This document shows positions 13,047-22,461 of a DNA stretch of 64,000 nucleotides, one piece after another; position 1 is the stretch's first letter, and each line of letters opens with the position of its first letter. The stretch comes from Candidatus Aceula lacicola (GTDB lineage Bacteria > Omnitrophota > Gorgyraeia > Zapsychrales > Aceulaceae). The notes beneath the pieces are model-generated. The model ran no database searches. It worked only from the letters and a program-made list of their open reading frames with translations, and was not told the DNA's origin. Position numbers and translations under genes: made by a program. Where the stretch lies: the NCBI GenBank assembly GCA_030765785.1, contig JAVCCC010000028.1, forward strand, positions 2,826 to 66,825, written 5' to 3'.

Positions 13047-13082
13047 CTCCTTGCCAATCTCACAGGATCAGCTTAAAGGTTA
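13047..13082 (-). promoter_or_regulatory. PyrR-binding RNA stem-loop
   Basis: Minus strand CCUUUAA-GCUGAUC-CUGUGA-GAUUGGC-AAGG. It has the UUUAA motif and CNGNGA hexaloop of PyrR binding loops and lies directly upstream of pyrR. Confidence 0.88.
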
Positions 13083-13097
13083 AACTTGTTAAAGCCA

Positions 13098-13126
13098 AAT
13101 ATAGCATCTCGCTGCTACATTGTCAA
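13098..13126 (-). promoter_or_regulatory. sigma70-type promoter of the pyr operon
   Basis: TTGACA-17 nt-TATATT with an extended TGn. Confidence 0.75.
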
Positions 13127-13162
13127 GCGGACAAATAAACACCAAAATACAATCAAATGCTG

Positions 13163-15493
13163 TCAATTATGCAAATTCTTATTACTCTTTTTCTTAAAAG
13201 AAAACGCACATAAAAACACACATCCCCCCAAACTAATTAAACTTACACATAAACCAAAATAAAACCAAAAAGGAATAAAGCGAAACTCAATAATATGAAC
13301 TCCTGGCTCTAAAAAAACACCTTTGAACAAATAATTCGCAGGATAAACCTTGGCAGATTTTCCATCTACCCAGGCTTTCCAGCCAGGGTGATAAGCGTCT
13401 AACAAGACCAGAAAACAATCTTTTTCTGCATTGGCTTTTAACGTGACACCATTGGCCCAAGTTTTCTCGATTTTTACTGGGACAATAATTCTTTTTCCAA
13501 AAACATTTACTTCAGGAAGAATATCTTGTGAATCTCTTTCAATAATAACGCGAAAAACAGCTTTCATCGCACTTTCTTTTATTGAATCTAAAATTCTTTC
13601 TTGCCCTTTTTTCTCAAAATCCCAGGCATAAGTCAAATAAGCTCGAGGAACGGTTACGTGTAAAGGCATAATCTGAACCTCTTCATTGTAAACATACCCC
13701 CCAGGATGAATCTTTTGACCAAGAACAATATACTTTACATTGGAAAAGCCTAAGAAATCGCTGCTATTAAAATCTTCCTCATCAACCTCGCCAATCTGCT
13801 CTTCACCTATCTTCTTATAAATCTCAGGATCAATTAATTTATCTACAAACTGAACATAACGATCAGGATAAAGAGATTGATGCCCTCCGAAACTATCCAG
13901 CCCATAGGCCATGGCCGTATTCTTATAAAATGCTAAAAGCTTTCCTTCTGATCTAGAGTAAAATTCTTTTTGCTTATTTTTCAAGAATTCAATATATGGA
14001 ACTGTTGGAAAAGAATCAAATCGTTTAACGCGATATCTCGGATTCAAAATAAAGAGCTCAATAAGCATTAAAACAATTAAGCTTATTGCCGCAATTATTC
14101 CAGCTTGTTTTTTCTGCTTAATCTTCAAAACAAACAAAACAACGCACGCAAAAAATAAAAGAAATAACGAAAATCTAGATACTGCTAAAGCCTGACCGAA
14201 AAACCACTGTTCTCGATAAATCCAAAGATGTCCTGTAATATACGAAGCTAAAACAATTGCGATAACACTAACTTTTTGAAATGATTTTAATGGATTGCTG
14301 AGAAGCTCTTGGCATCCAAAGGCCGCTAGCAAGGCTATTAAAAAAGCAAAGATGTGCGACAAATGCCATGTTAAAAGCATAACATTAAAGATCGGTAAAT
14401 GTCCGATCCATCTCGCATAAGAAAAGCTAAACATAATACCAAAAACAAATATAGCGACTCCTCCTAGAAACCAAACAAGGGACTTTCTTTCTTTTAACCA
14501 AAAACCTAAAATGCTAAGCAAAACAGCAATAACGCCTAAATAGCCCCCCACCCATGTATAGCGAACGCCATCACTAGAAAACCCTTTTGAAAAAAATCCA
14601 GGAACAAGCATAGTAAGAATTTTTACTTTGTGCTCCGAAGCCAATCCTGTCGAACCTGTATGATTTGTCCATGCCCTAAAAAAATCATCTATAAACGGAA
14701 AAAGAACAACCGCAGAAATCCCTATTCCTAAAATGTAAAAACCCAGGAGAGCTAATATTTTCTTTACCTTGTCAGGATTTTTCTTCTTAACATCCTGCCA
14801 AAATAAAAAAAGAATATATAAAGCCATCAAAAAATGTGTTAAAAAAATGTGTTCGACATGTCCAGACAGAACGCTCAACCCAATCGCTAAGCTAAAGAAT
14901 GAACAATGTCTCAAGGAAGGCTTCTCAAAAACTTTATAAGAAACAAGAAATAGCAAAGGAAGCAGCATATCTGCATTAACAGTCCATATCTGACCAACAA
15001 CCATGGGTCCAGTAAACATAAAAATTAACGCTGCCGTAATCCTCGGTAAATAACCAAACCCCCAAACGCTCATGAGCCAATACATCAATAACCCAGCGAT
15101 TAATATTCTGAGAAGAACCACGACGTCAAGACTAACTGTATTCGGAAGAACATAGAATGCAATGTTTAGAGGAAAAAATATTCCCCCTTCCATAACAAGG
15201 CTCATCGGAGTCCCGCAAAGTTGATGAGGATTCCACAATGGGAAAATGCCTTTTTGAAAATTTGTTTTCAAGAATTGAAAAAAGGGTTCTTCGAAAGGAG
15301 CTGTATCGCAAAATACCGATGCACGAAAATCAGAAGCATTTTTTTCCTGTCCATAGGGACCGTAAGGTAACGCCTGCGCATACATCGTCGAAACCTTAAA
15401 AGTTTTTCCTGAGAACACAACATCATAGAAAAGAATCGACATGACAAGCAAAAGAAAAGCCACTGCTAAAAAGACTGATAAGTTCTTTTTCAT
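13163..15493 (-). CDS. YfhO-like GT-C fold polytopic membrane glycosyltransferase
   Basis: GIFPLWNPHQLCGTP loop, many TM helices, C-terminal LVLLDAYHPGWKAWVDG...GVFLEPGVHIIEFRF. Confidence 0.85.
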   Translation of the reverse strand: MKKNLSVFLAVAFLLLVMSILFYDVVFSGKTFKVSTMYAQALPYGPYGQEKNASDFRASVFCDTAPFEEPFFQFLKTNFQKGIFPLWNPHQLCGTPMSLVMEGGIFFPLNIAFYVLPNTVSLDVVVLLRILIAGLLMYWLMSVWGFGYLPRITAALIFMFTGPMVVGQIWTVNADMLLPLLFLVSYKVFEKPSLRHCSFFSLAIGLSVLSGHVEHIFLTHFLMALYILFLFWQDVKKKNPDKVKKILALLGFYILGIGISAVVLFPFIDDFFRAWTNHTGSTGLASEHKVKILTMLVPGFFSKGFSSDGVRYTWVGGYLGVIAVLLSILGFWLKERKSLVWFLGGVAIFVFGIMFSFSYARWIGHLPIFNVMLLTWHLSHIFAFLIALLAAFGCQELLSNPLKSFQKVSVIAIVLASYITGHLWIYREQWFFGQALAVSRFSLFLLFFACVVLFVLKIKQKKQAGIIAAISLIVLMLIELFILNPRYRVKRFDSFPTVPYIEFLKNKQKEFYSRSEGKLLAFYKNTAMAYGLDSFGGHQSLYPDRYVQFVDKLIDPEIYKKIGEEQIGEVDEEDFNSSDFLGFSNVKYIVLGQKIHPGGYVYNEEVQIMPLHVTVPRAYLTYAWDFEKKGQERILDSIKESAMKAVFRVIIERDSQDILPEVNVFGKRIIVPVKIEKTWANGVTLKANAEKDCFLVLLDAYHPGWKAWVDGKSAKVYPANYLFKGVFLEPGVHIIEFRFIPFWFYFGLCVSLISLGGCVFLCAFSFKKKSNKNLHN

Positions 15494-15541
15494 ATTCTTA
15501 TTATAAAACGAATTAAAAAAAATTAAATCTATTAAGATATT

Positions 15542-16219
15542 TTAAGACAAATAATTACCATGAGAACCAAGAATGAAAACAAATTCTCCCCTAGGAGTCT
15601 TCTGAGAAAAATACTCAACAAGCTCACTTGCTTTTCCTTGTTTGACTTCCTCAAATTTCTTGGTAAGTTCCCGTGCGCAAACAACGATAGGATCATTTAA
15701 AACATCTTTTATGTCCCCAAGCGTTTTGACGACACGATGTGGTGCCTCATAAAAAAGAATAGTCTTTTTTCCATCCTCAAAAGTCTTAAGCTTTTTCTGA
15801 CGGGCAACAGTCTTAACTGGCAAAAAACCTTCAAAAGTAAAACTGCTTGCAGGCATTCCAGAAACAGTTAAAGCCGCAACAAAAGCCGTTGCCCCAGGAA
15901 TAGCAGTTATCGCAACGTCGTTTTCCTTCGCAAGTTTAATTAAAACATATCCTGGGTCGCTAATGCCTGGCGTTCCAGCATCAGAAATAAGAGCAATATC
16001 TTTTCCCTCTTGAAGCAACTTTAAGAGATAAGAAGATTTTGATAACTTATTATGCTCATAATAACTTGTCAATGGCGTTGTAATTTCGTAAGCATTTAGA
16101 AGAATCTTGCTATGACGGGTATCTTCAGCTGCGATCAAATCAACGCTCTTAAGCGTTTCAATCGCACGCAATGTTATGTCTTTGAGATTTCCAATAGGAG
16201 TTGAAACAATATAAAGCAT
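15542..16219 (-). CDS. rsmI: 16S rRNA (cytidine1402-2'-O)-methyltransferase
   Basis: LYIVSTPIGNLKDIT, AAEDTR, SDAGTPGISDPG, ARELTKKFEE. Confidence 0.96.
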   Translation of the reverse strand: MLYIVSTPIGNLKDITLRAIETLKSVDLIAAEDTRHSKILLNAYEITTPLTSYYEHNKLSKSSYLLKLLQEGKDIALISDAGTPGISDPGYVLIKLAKENDVAITAIPGATAFVAALTVSGMPASSFTFEGFLPVKTVARQKKLKTFEDGKKTILFYEAPHRVVKTLGDIKDVLNDPIVVCARELTKKFEEVKQGKASELVEYFSQKTPRGEFVFILGSHGNYLS

Positions 16220-18051
16220 TATTCAACCGTGACAGATTTAGCCAAATTTCTCGGCTGATCCACATCATTGCCACGTGCAACAGAAATATAATAAGCAATT
16301 AACTGTAGTGGAACAACCGCAACAATGGGCGTGAGCATTTTATATATTGAAGGAATATAAATCACGTTATTGGCATGCTGCTTAATAACATCGTCCCCTT
16401 CGCTTGCGATAGCAATAATTTTTCCTTTACGAGCACGAATTTCTTGAATATTTGAAATCATTTTCTCATATGTATCTGATCTAGGAACAATGCAGACAAC
16501 AGCTCGATACTCATCAATCAACGCAATCGGCCCGTGCTTCATTTCGCCTGCCGCATAGCCTTCGGCAGGGATATAAGAAATTTCTTTTAGTTTAAGCGCT
16601 CCTTCGAGTGCAGAAGGAAAATTAATATTTCGGCCTAGAAATAAAAAACAACCAAAATGAGAATTTGCTTTAGCAACTTTTGCAATCTTTGTCTTCAATT
16701 TTAAAATCTGAGAAACTGCATTCGGTACCTTCTTAAGCCCCCTAACAATATCCTTAACCTTAGAAGGTTTAAGCTTCTTTTTAACCATTCCTAATTTTAC
16801 CGCAAAAAGATATAGCATTCCAAGCTGAGCTGTATAAGCCTTTGTGGATGCAACGCCAATCTCCGGACCTGCATGCGTATACAAAACTCCGTCGGATTCA
16901 CGTGCCAGAGAAGAGCCAACAACATTGCATATCGAAATAACTTTAGCTCCCTTAGCCCTTGCCTCTCGAACAGCCGCTAGAGTATCTGCTGTTTCCCCAG
17001 ACTGACTAATCGCAATCACAAGAGTCTTTTTGTCAATAATCGGTGTCCGATACCTAAACTCACTTGAAACATCAATCAAAACAGGAATACGTGCTAAATC
17101 TTCAATAACATATTTCCCAACGAGACCTGCATGATATGCTGTTCCGCAAGCCACAATCACAATATCTTTTATTTTTTGAAGATCGCCGTCTTTTAACGAG
17201 AGTCCATCTAGAACAATCTTGCTTCCTTTGATCCGGCTTGCAAACATACGCGATAAAACTTTAGGCTGCTCATAAATTTCTTTGAGCATAAAATGTGCAA
17301 ATCCCTCTTTTTGAACGGAATCTAGCTTGAGCGAAACTTGATGAATTTTATAAGAAACTTTTTTTCCAGCTAAATCAAAAATAGAAACACCTTTTCTCGT
17401 CATCTCTGCAATTTCTCCATCTTTGAGATAAACAATTTTACGTGTCTTATCTAAAATTGCAGGAACATCAGAAGCAATAAAGTTTTCTTTTTTCCCAATT
17501 CCAATAATTAAGGGTGATCCTAAGCGGGCGGCAATCAAACGATCTGGGTGATCAGAACTGATAACGCCAAGAGCAAATGAACCTCTAAGCTTGCGCACTG
17601 ATTCTTGAACAGCCTGAAGGAGATTTCCTCTATAAAGAAAAGAAATTAAATGCGCAATAACTTCAGAATCTGTTTCTGATAAAAATTTATAACCCTTTTC
17701 CTTTAAAAAATCTTTAATCTCTTGATAATTTTCAATAATTCCGTTGTGAACAATTAAGAATTTCTTAGATGAGTCAAAATGAGGATGCGCATTTACTTTT
17801 GTCGGCTTGCCATGCGTTGCCCAGCGTGTATGCGAAATTCCTAAAGACCCGGAACCAAGCGGATGATCTTTAAGAAAATTGGAAAGATTTTGAATCTTTC
17901 CTTGTGCTTTGCGAAGATTAATTTTATGATTTTTATCGGCTACAATGCCTATACCACACGAATCATATCCCCGATATTCTAAACGCTTTAGTGCGTTTAA
18001 TAAAATGGGTTGGGCGTTCTTGTCTCCAATATAGCCTACGATTCCGCACAT
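16219..18051 (-). CDS. glmS: glutamine--fructose-6-phosphate aminotransferase
   Basis: MCGIVG, HTRWATHG, SQSGETADT, PRNLAKSVTVE. Confidence 0.98.
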   Translation of the reverse strand: MCGIVGYIGDKNAQPILLNALKRLEYRGYDSCGIGIVADKNHKINLRKAQGKIQNLSNFLKDHPLGSGSLGISHTRWATHGKPTKVNAHPHFDSSKKFLIVHNGIIENYQEIKDFLKEKGYKFLSETDSEVIAHLISFLYRGNLLQAVQESVRKLRGSFALGVISSDHPDRLIAARLGSPLIIGIGKKENFIASDVPAILDKTRKIVYLKDGEIAEMTRKGVSIFDLAGKKVSYKIHQVSLKLDSVQKEGFAHFMLKEIYEQPKVLSRMFASRIKGSKIVLDGLSLKDGDLQKIKDIVIVACGTAYHAGLVGKYVIEDLARIPVLIDVSSEFRYRTPIIDKKTLVIAISQSGETADTLAAVREARAKGAKVISICNVVGSSLARESDGVLYTHAGPEIGVASTKAYTAQLGMLYLFAVKLGMVKKKLKPSKVKDIVRGLKKVPNAVSQILKLKTKIAKVAKANSHFGCFLFLGRNINFPSALEGALKLKEISYIPAEGYAAGEMKHGPIALIDEYRAVVCIVPRSDTYEKMISNIQEIRARKGKIIAIASEGDDVIKQHANNVIYIPSIYKMLTPIVAVVPLQLIAYYISVARGNDVDQPRNLAKSVTVE

Positions 18052-18069
18052 AATATTATTTCGTTTTAA

Positions 18070-18363
18070 TTATTCTTTAACAGCCTTTTTTGCTGTTTTC
18101 TTTTTTGCTACTTTTTCAACTGAGCGAACATTGACAAAAGTTACAGCCTTTTTGTATGATCCGCTCTTTTTCGTAAAATAAATCTCACCGTCGCAGCTCG
18201 CTGTCAAATGCATACGCCCTGCTACATTAACGCCTGGTTTCCATTTATCCCCTTGACGAGTTAAAACAGTTCCTGCTTTGACTCTAGATCCTCCGGCAAC
18301 CTTGATGCCGCGCGTCTCTTTATAATTAATCTTTGATAAACCGCCAACTTTAGCACACATCAT
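18070..18363 (-). CDS. rpmA: divergent 50S ribosomal protein L27 (bL27)-like protein
   Basis: GIKVAGGSRVKAGTVLTRQGDKWKPGVNV...LTASCDGEIYF aligns with the L27 core; the N-terminal tail is atypical. Confidence 0.72.
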   Translation of the reverse strand: MMCAKVGGLSKINYKETRGIKVAGGSRVKAGTVLTRQGDKWKPGVNVAGRMHLTASCDGEIYFTKKSGSYKKAVTFVNVRSVEKVAKKKTAKKAVKE

Positions 18364-18391
18364 TTCCTCCTTAATTTCTTCTTAATAAATT

Positions 18392-19138
18392 TTATTTTAA
18401 AATCTGCTCAATTTGATTCTTAAACTCTTGGGCTGTCCGCCCCATTGTTCTCTTTCCATTAACAAAAAACGTAGGCGTTCCCCCAACTTCTGCTTTTCCA
18501 GCAACCGCCATACCTTTTTGAACCATTTGCTCTAATTGCGCATCTTGATCTTTTAATTTCTGAGCAAACTCATCGGCATCAATCCCAAGCTGCCCAGCTA
18601 ACTCTTTATACTTATCTTGACTTAAACCTTTAGCATTCTGAAAAATCAGATCCATCATTTCCCAATATTTTCCATATTGCTTAGCAATTAAAAGCGCTTT
18701 GGTTGCTGGCTTCGCTTCTTTGTGATAAGGAAGCGGGAAACTCATAAAAACATAATTAACATCCTCAGGATACGCATTGACAACATCCATGATAATCGGG
18801 TGAAATTTCTGAGAATAGGGACACTGGAAATCAGAAAATTCTACAACAGTCACTTTTGCTTTTGGATTTCCTTTAACCATCGAACCGCTAATGTCAATAT
18901 CATAAATTTTATTAGGATCTACTTTGGGTCTCGCTCTTTCTTGCCCTTTTGGCTGACGCAAAAGACCTTTACCCGACAATGCTTTTATAATTTGTTTTTG
19001 ATTATCTTCAATAGCAAATAACTTTTGCTCCAATCTCTTTTGATAAATAAAACCCTTTTTATATTCACTCATTTTCAAAGCAAACATTGCCAAAAGAAAA
19101 AGAGCCACTGAGCTAAACAACAATATTTTTTTTAACAT
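18392..19138 (-). CDS. membrane-anchored DsbA/thioredoxin-fold protein with CxxS
   Basis: KGNPKAKVTVVEFSDFQCPYS and GGTPTFFVNG; N-terminal TM helix plus coiled coil. Confidence 0.85.
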   Translation of the reverse strand: MLKKILLFSSVALFLLAMFALKMSEYKKGFIYQKRLEQKLFAIEDNQKQIIKALSGKGLLRQPKGQERARPKVDPNKIYDIDISGSMVKGNPKAKVTVVEFSDFQCPYSQKFHPIIMDVVNAYPEDVNYVFMSFPLPYHKEAKPATKALLIAKQYGKYWEMMDLIFQNAKGLSQDKYKELAGQLGIDADEFAQKLKDQDAQLEQMVQKGMAVAGKAEVGGTPTFFVNGKRTMGRTAQEFKNQIEQILK

Positions 19139-19171
19139 TTTCTTCCCTTTCAAGATATCTATGAGTATTAT

Positions 19172-19336
19172 TTATTGATTTATATTCTCTAAGAGCATCT
19201 CTGCTACTGTATCCCTAGCAAGCTGCTTGACGTCAGTTCTGATTTTCTTTTCCCAAGCATCAAGTCGAATAAAAAAAATAGTGGCAAAAATAGCCATACC
19301 TAAAATTATAATCAAAAACGCTACTGCTTTTTTCAT
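19172..19336 (-). CDS. small 54-aa single-TM protein, not in ORF track
   Basis: Manual translation MKKAVAFLIIILGMAIFATIFFIRLDAWEKKIRTDVKQLARDTVAEMLLENINQ; GGAGA SD upstream. Confidence 0.6.
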   Translation of the reverse strand: MKKAVAFLIIILGMAIFATIFFIRLDAWEKKIRTDVKQLARDTVAEMLLENINQ

Positions 19337-19424
19337 TTTTTCTCCAATTTACTATGATTAGAATGAACAATTTTACCCTATAAAGCCCTGTTTGGCAAAC
19401 AAATTCTATTGACCTTTCAAAGCT

Positions 19425-20267
19425 CTAAAGTGCAATCCTGCCGTAGCGAGAAACGATATATTTAATGTCTTTCCATCGGCGTCCGCTTTTGCATCCAAAA
19501 ATCGCAATAATCAAATCATCTCCCCCATGTTTTGCGTATCCGACAAAACATGATTTTGCCTTTTTTGTATATCCCGTCTTTCCAAAAAGCTTTTGTTTCC
19601 AATCAAAAAAAAGAATTTTATTATGACTTTTTAAGGTCGTTTTTCGTCCTTTCTCTGAATAAATCGTTTTATACTTATATGTAATTGCTTTCTTAAAAAA
19701 AGGATGCTTTAAAGCAGCTCTAAAAATCAAATACATATCATATGCTGTTGTATACTGCGTTCCAGGCTTTGTGGGCAGCCCATTAGAATTCGCAAACTGT
19801 GTGTGCTGACATCCAAGCTGCTTTGCGCGCTTATTCATCATAACGGTGAATTTCTTTTCTGTTCCCGCCATGGCTTCAGCCAAAATGACGCTAGCATCAT
19901 TGGCCGACCTAAGCAAAATTGCAAAAAGAAGATCCGAAACCTTATATCGATCGCCTGGGCGAGCATAAATTTTACTAGGCTCAGGATATGTTGCATTTTT
20001 ACTAACTTTAACCATATGGTTTAAAGGAAGTTTTTCTAGCGCAAGTAACGCTGTCATAACTTTAACCGTGCTTGCCGGCAAAACTTTCTTATGTACATTC
20101 TTGCCGTAAAGTCTTCTAACTTTTGTGCTGTTAGAAAATATGGCTGACTTGGCTGAGACATGATATTTCTTCGCGGCTTCGCTTCTCGCTGACAATCCTA
20201 CGAAGAAAACAGAAAACAATACGAAGCTAACACAAAATATTTTGATCCTTACGAACTTTATCAACAT
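19425..20267 (-). CDS. D-alanyl-D-alanine carboxypeptidase (peptidase S11)
   Basis: Signal peptide; PASTVK (SxxK), SAND (SxN), KTGYT. Confidence 0.92.
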   Translation of the reverse strand: MLIKFVRIKIFCVSFVLFSVFFVGLSARSEAAKKYHVSAKSAIFSNSTKVRRLYGKNVHKKVLPASTVKVMTALLALEKLPLNHMVKVSKNATYPEPSKIYARPGDRYKVSDLLFAILLRSANDASVILAEAMAGTEKKFTVMMNKRAKQLGCQHTQFANSNGLPTKPGTQYTTAYDMYLIFRAALKHPFFKKAITYKYKTIYSEKGRKTTLKSHNKILFFDWKQKLFGKTGYTKKAKSCFVGYAKHGGDDLIIAIFGCKSGRRWKDIKYIVSRYGRIAL

Positions 20268-20272
20268 AAATT

Positions 20273-21292
20273 TTATTTTGATCGCTGAAATGCTAAAGAA
20301 ATTATTTTCTGAATAAGCTCATTATAATGAATGCCTATTTTTTCAGCCGACTGAGCCACCTCATCGCATCGAGCAATGCAAGGGTTTGCGTTTGGCTCCA
20401 GAATATAAATGCGTCCCGTTTCTGTCACTCGAATATCAAAACGCGCATAACTCTGAATATTTAAAGCCCTATAAGATCGCTTACACGTTTCTTTGATTCG
20501 CTCTTCTAGGTCTCCCGCCAGCTTTCCGATAAAAACACTTTTAATATCCCATTTTTCTCGATATTTGTCATCCCACTTTGCCTTATATGTTGCAATGCGA
20601 GGCTCATCTTCTGACATTTTTCCAAATTTAATTTCTCGAAGTGGCAATGCTTCCAAACGCTTATTTCCAAAAACGCTAACATAAATTTCTCGCCCTTCAA
20701 TATATTCTTCGGCGATAGCATCGGCATTCATGCTTTCATGAATAAATCGAATACGTTCAACAAACGCCTCCTCTTTATCAACGACAGATGCTAACGATAT
20801 CCCTCGAGAGGCCTCTTCACTCAAAGGTTTTATAACCGCTGGGAGCTTTATATTTTTAGGAAGCCAGACCCGATGTTTTCGATAAAATGTATGAAATCGC
20901 GGAACACGAATACGATGAAAACGAATTATTTTTTTTGCTAATGCTTTATCATTACAAATAAAAAGACTCTCTGCGGAAGCCCCGGTATAAGGAACGCCAA
21001 TCATTTCAAAAAGTCCTGCGACATTTTTATCCAACTGAGATTTCTGGTCAAACACCTCCGCCAAATTAAAAATAACGTCTGGAGGAAATTCTTTTACTTC
21101 TTCAAGAAGTATGCCTATGTCATTATAAAGCCCCAGCAATCGAACCTCGTGGCCATTTTCTAAAAGAGCTCGGTAGACATCGTTTTCCGTATACCAATTA
21201 TCCTTGTCTTTAAACTCTTCGACAAAGTCATAGCCTCTTGGTTTTACATAAGGGCTATCAAAAACTAAAAGAACTTTTAATTTCTTTTTCAT
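20273..21292 (-). CDS. D-Ala-D-Ala ligase-like ATP-grasp amidoligase
   Basis: GVPYTGA, DKALAK, IKPLSEEASRGI, AEEYIEGRE, YARFDIR, LEPNANP. Confidence 0.85.
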   Translation of the reverse strand: MKKKLKVLLVFDSPYVKPRGYDFVEEFKDKDNWYTENDVYRALLENGHEVRLLGLYNDIGILLEEVKEFPPDVIFNLAEVFDQKSQLDKNVAGLFEMIGVPYTGASAESLFICNDKALAKKIIRFHRIRVPRFHTFYRKHRVWLPKNIKLPAVIKPLSEEASRGISLASVVDKEEAFVERIRFIHESMNADAIAEEYIEGREIYVSVFGNKRLEALPLREIKFGKMSEDEPRIATYKAKWDDKYREKWDIKSVFIGKLAGDLEERIKETCKRSYRALNIQSYARFDIRVTETGRIYILEPNANPCIARCDEVAQSAEKIGIHYNELIQKIISLAFQRSK

Positions 21293-21298
21293 AAAAAT

Positions 21299-22333
21299 TT
21301 ATTTCTTATTTCCTCGAAACCATCCCGTATAAACATAATTAAGAGTAAGCGCTGTAATATACGTTGCCACCTTTAAAATGGCCGTACTCTCGGAATCTTT
21401 AATCACAAGATTAAGCGCACGACACCGAAGACAAATATCTTTAAAAAGATCGTTGACGATATACTTTTTCTCTCCCGTCCACATCGAAACATTATCTAAT
21501 ATCTCTCGACGATATTTTCGTATGCTTTTAACTGCCGAAGGCATATCTTTATTTTCTTCTGTTCGCTCTAAAAAAATTCTCTTTAAATTTTCGTCATGGA
21601 AATGAGGAAAATCTTCAGCATGAAAATGCTTCTTCTTTTTATAATGATTTCCTAGCGTCCTTTTAAGTGTCGATGCCTGCCAATACTTTTTCCACTTCTT
21701 AACAACAGGCTCTTTATTTTGAATCTTTTTCATAAGCGATTCAACATACTCTATCTTTTTAATCGCTTTCCATTTTTTATATTGATTTTGCCAATCCGAA
21801 TCAGATGTCAACCAAACAGCAAAAGTCTCTGCAAAATCTTCATCCGGATGATATTGTGCATAGAATCCATCTAAGTGACGGACAAAATTCTTGCTGTGCG
21901 GTCGATAGCGATATGTGTCATCATATTCTTCGGATGAATGTCCAAATGTTTTCTGCCAACTACGTTTTTTATGCAAACGATACGCATAACTTATCGCATG
22001 GCCAAGCTCATGACGCAAAAGCTGCAGACACGTCTTTTTTGTTCCACCCTCAACATCAAGCATCATTCTTTGTTCAAGCTTCATCAATGTTGGATGTGCT
22101 AAATAAAAAGGAATTCCGATAACGGGCTCGTCTTCTGGAGTTAGCCATTCTTCAGCCAAATAAAATTCTGGTTTAAATTTAAGATTTTTTCTCTCAAGAT
22201 CAGAATAAACTTCAGCAAGACATTCCTCAATCCACGTCCCCTCAATAGCAATCGGAAGCTCGCAAATTCGTAAGGCCAGAAGTTTTTCTTCAGAAATTTC
22301 AGATAGGTTAATCACAGTTTTTTCTCGTCCCAT
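21299..22333 (-). CDS. putative zinc-binding metallopeptidase (zincin)
   Basis: LRHELGH (HExxH) and YAQYHPDEDFAETF. Confidence 0.8.
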   Translation of the reverse strand: MGREKTVINLSEISEEKLLALRICELPIAIEGTWIEECLAEVYSDLERKNLKFKPEFYLAEEWLTPEDEPVIGIPFYLAHPTLMKLEQRMMLDVEGGTKKTCLQLLRHELGHAISYAYRLHKKRSWQKTFGHSSEEYDDTYRYRPHSKNFVRHLDGFYAQYHPDEDFAETFAVWLTSDSDWQNQYKKWKAIKKIEYVESLMKKIQNKEPVVKKWKKYWQASTLKRTLGNHYKKKKHFHAEDFPHFHDENLKRIFLERTEENKDMPSAVKSIRKYRREILDNVSMWTGEKKYIVNDLFKDICLRCRALNLVIKDSESTAILKVATYITALTLNYVYTGWFRGNKK

Positions 22334-22461
22334 ATTCCCTTCTCCATCTTTTAGAAATTATACCATAGCTTCAAAGTCAATGACATTACTTTTGTAATTC
22401 TTAAGAGACAAAAAAAGCTTTTTTTGTTATGATGCTAAGGACAAATTAAAGAAAGAATACT

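Noticed and set aside
18052-18069. glmS ribozyme
   Set aside because: Only 18 nt separate glmS from the upstream gene, leaving no room for it.
19425-22333. Vancomycin-resistance (van) cluster
   Set aside because: No VanH, VanX (M15 family) or VanRS; the ligase lacks Ddl/Van substrate-site motifs and the peptidase is an HExxH zincin.
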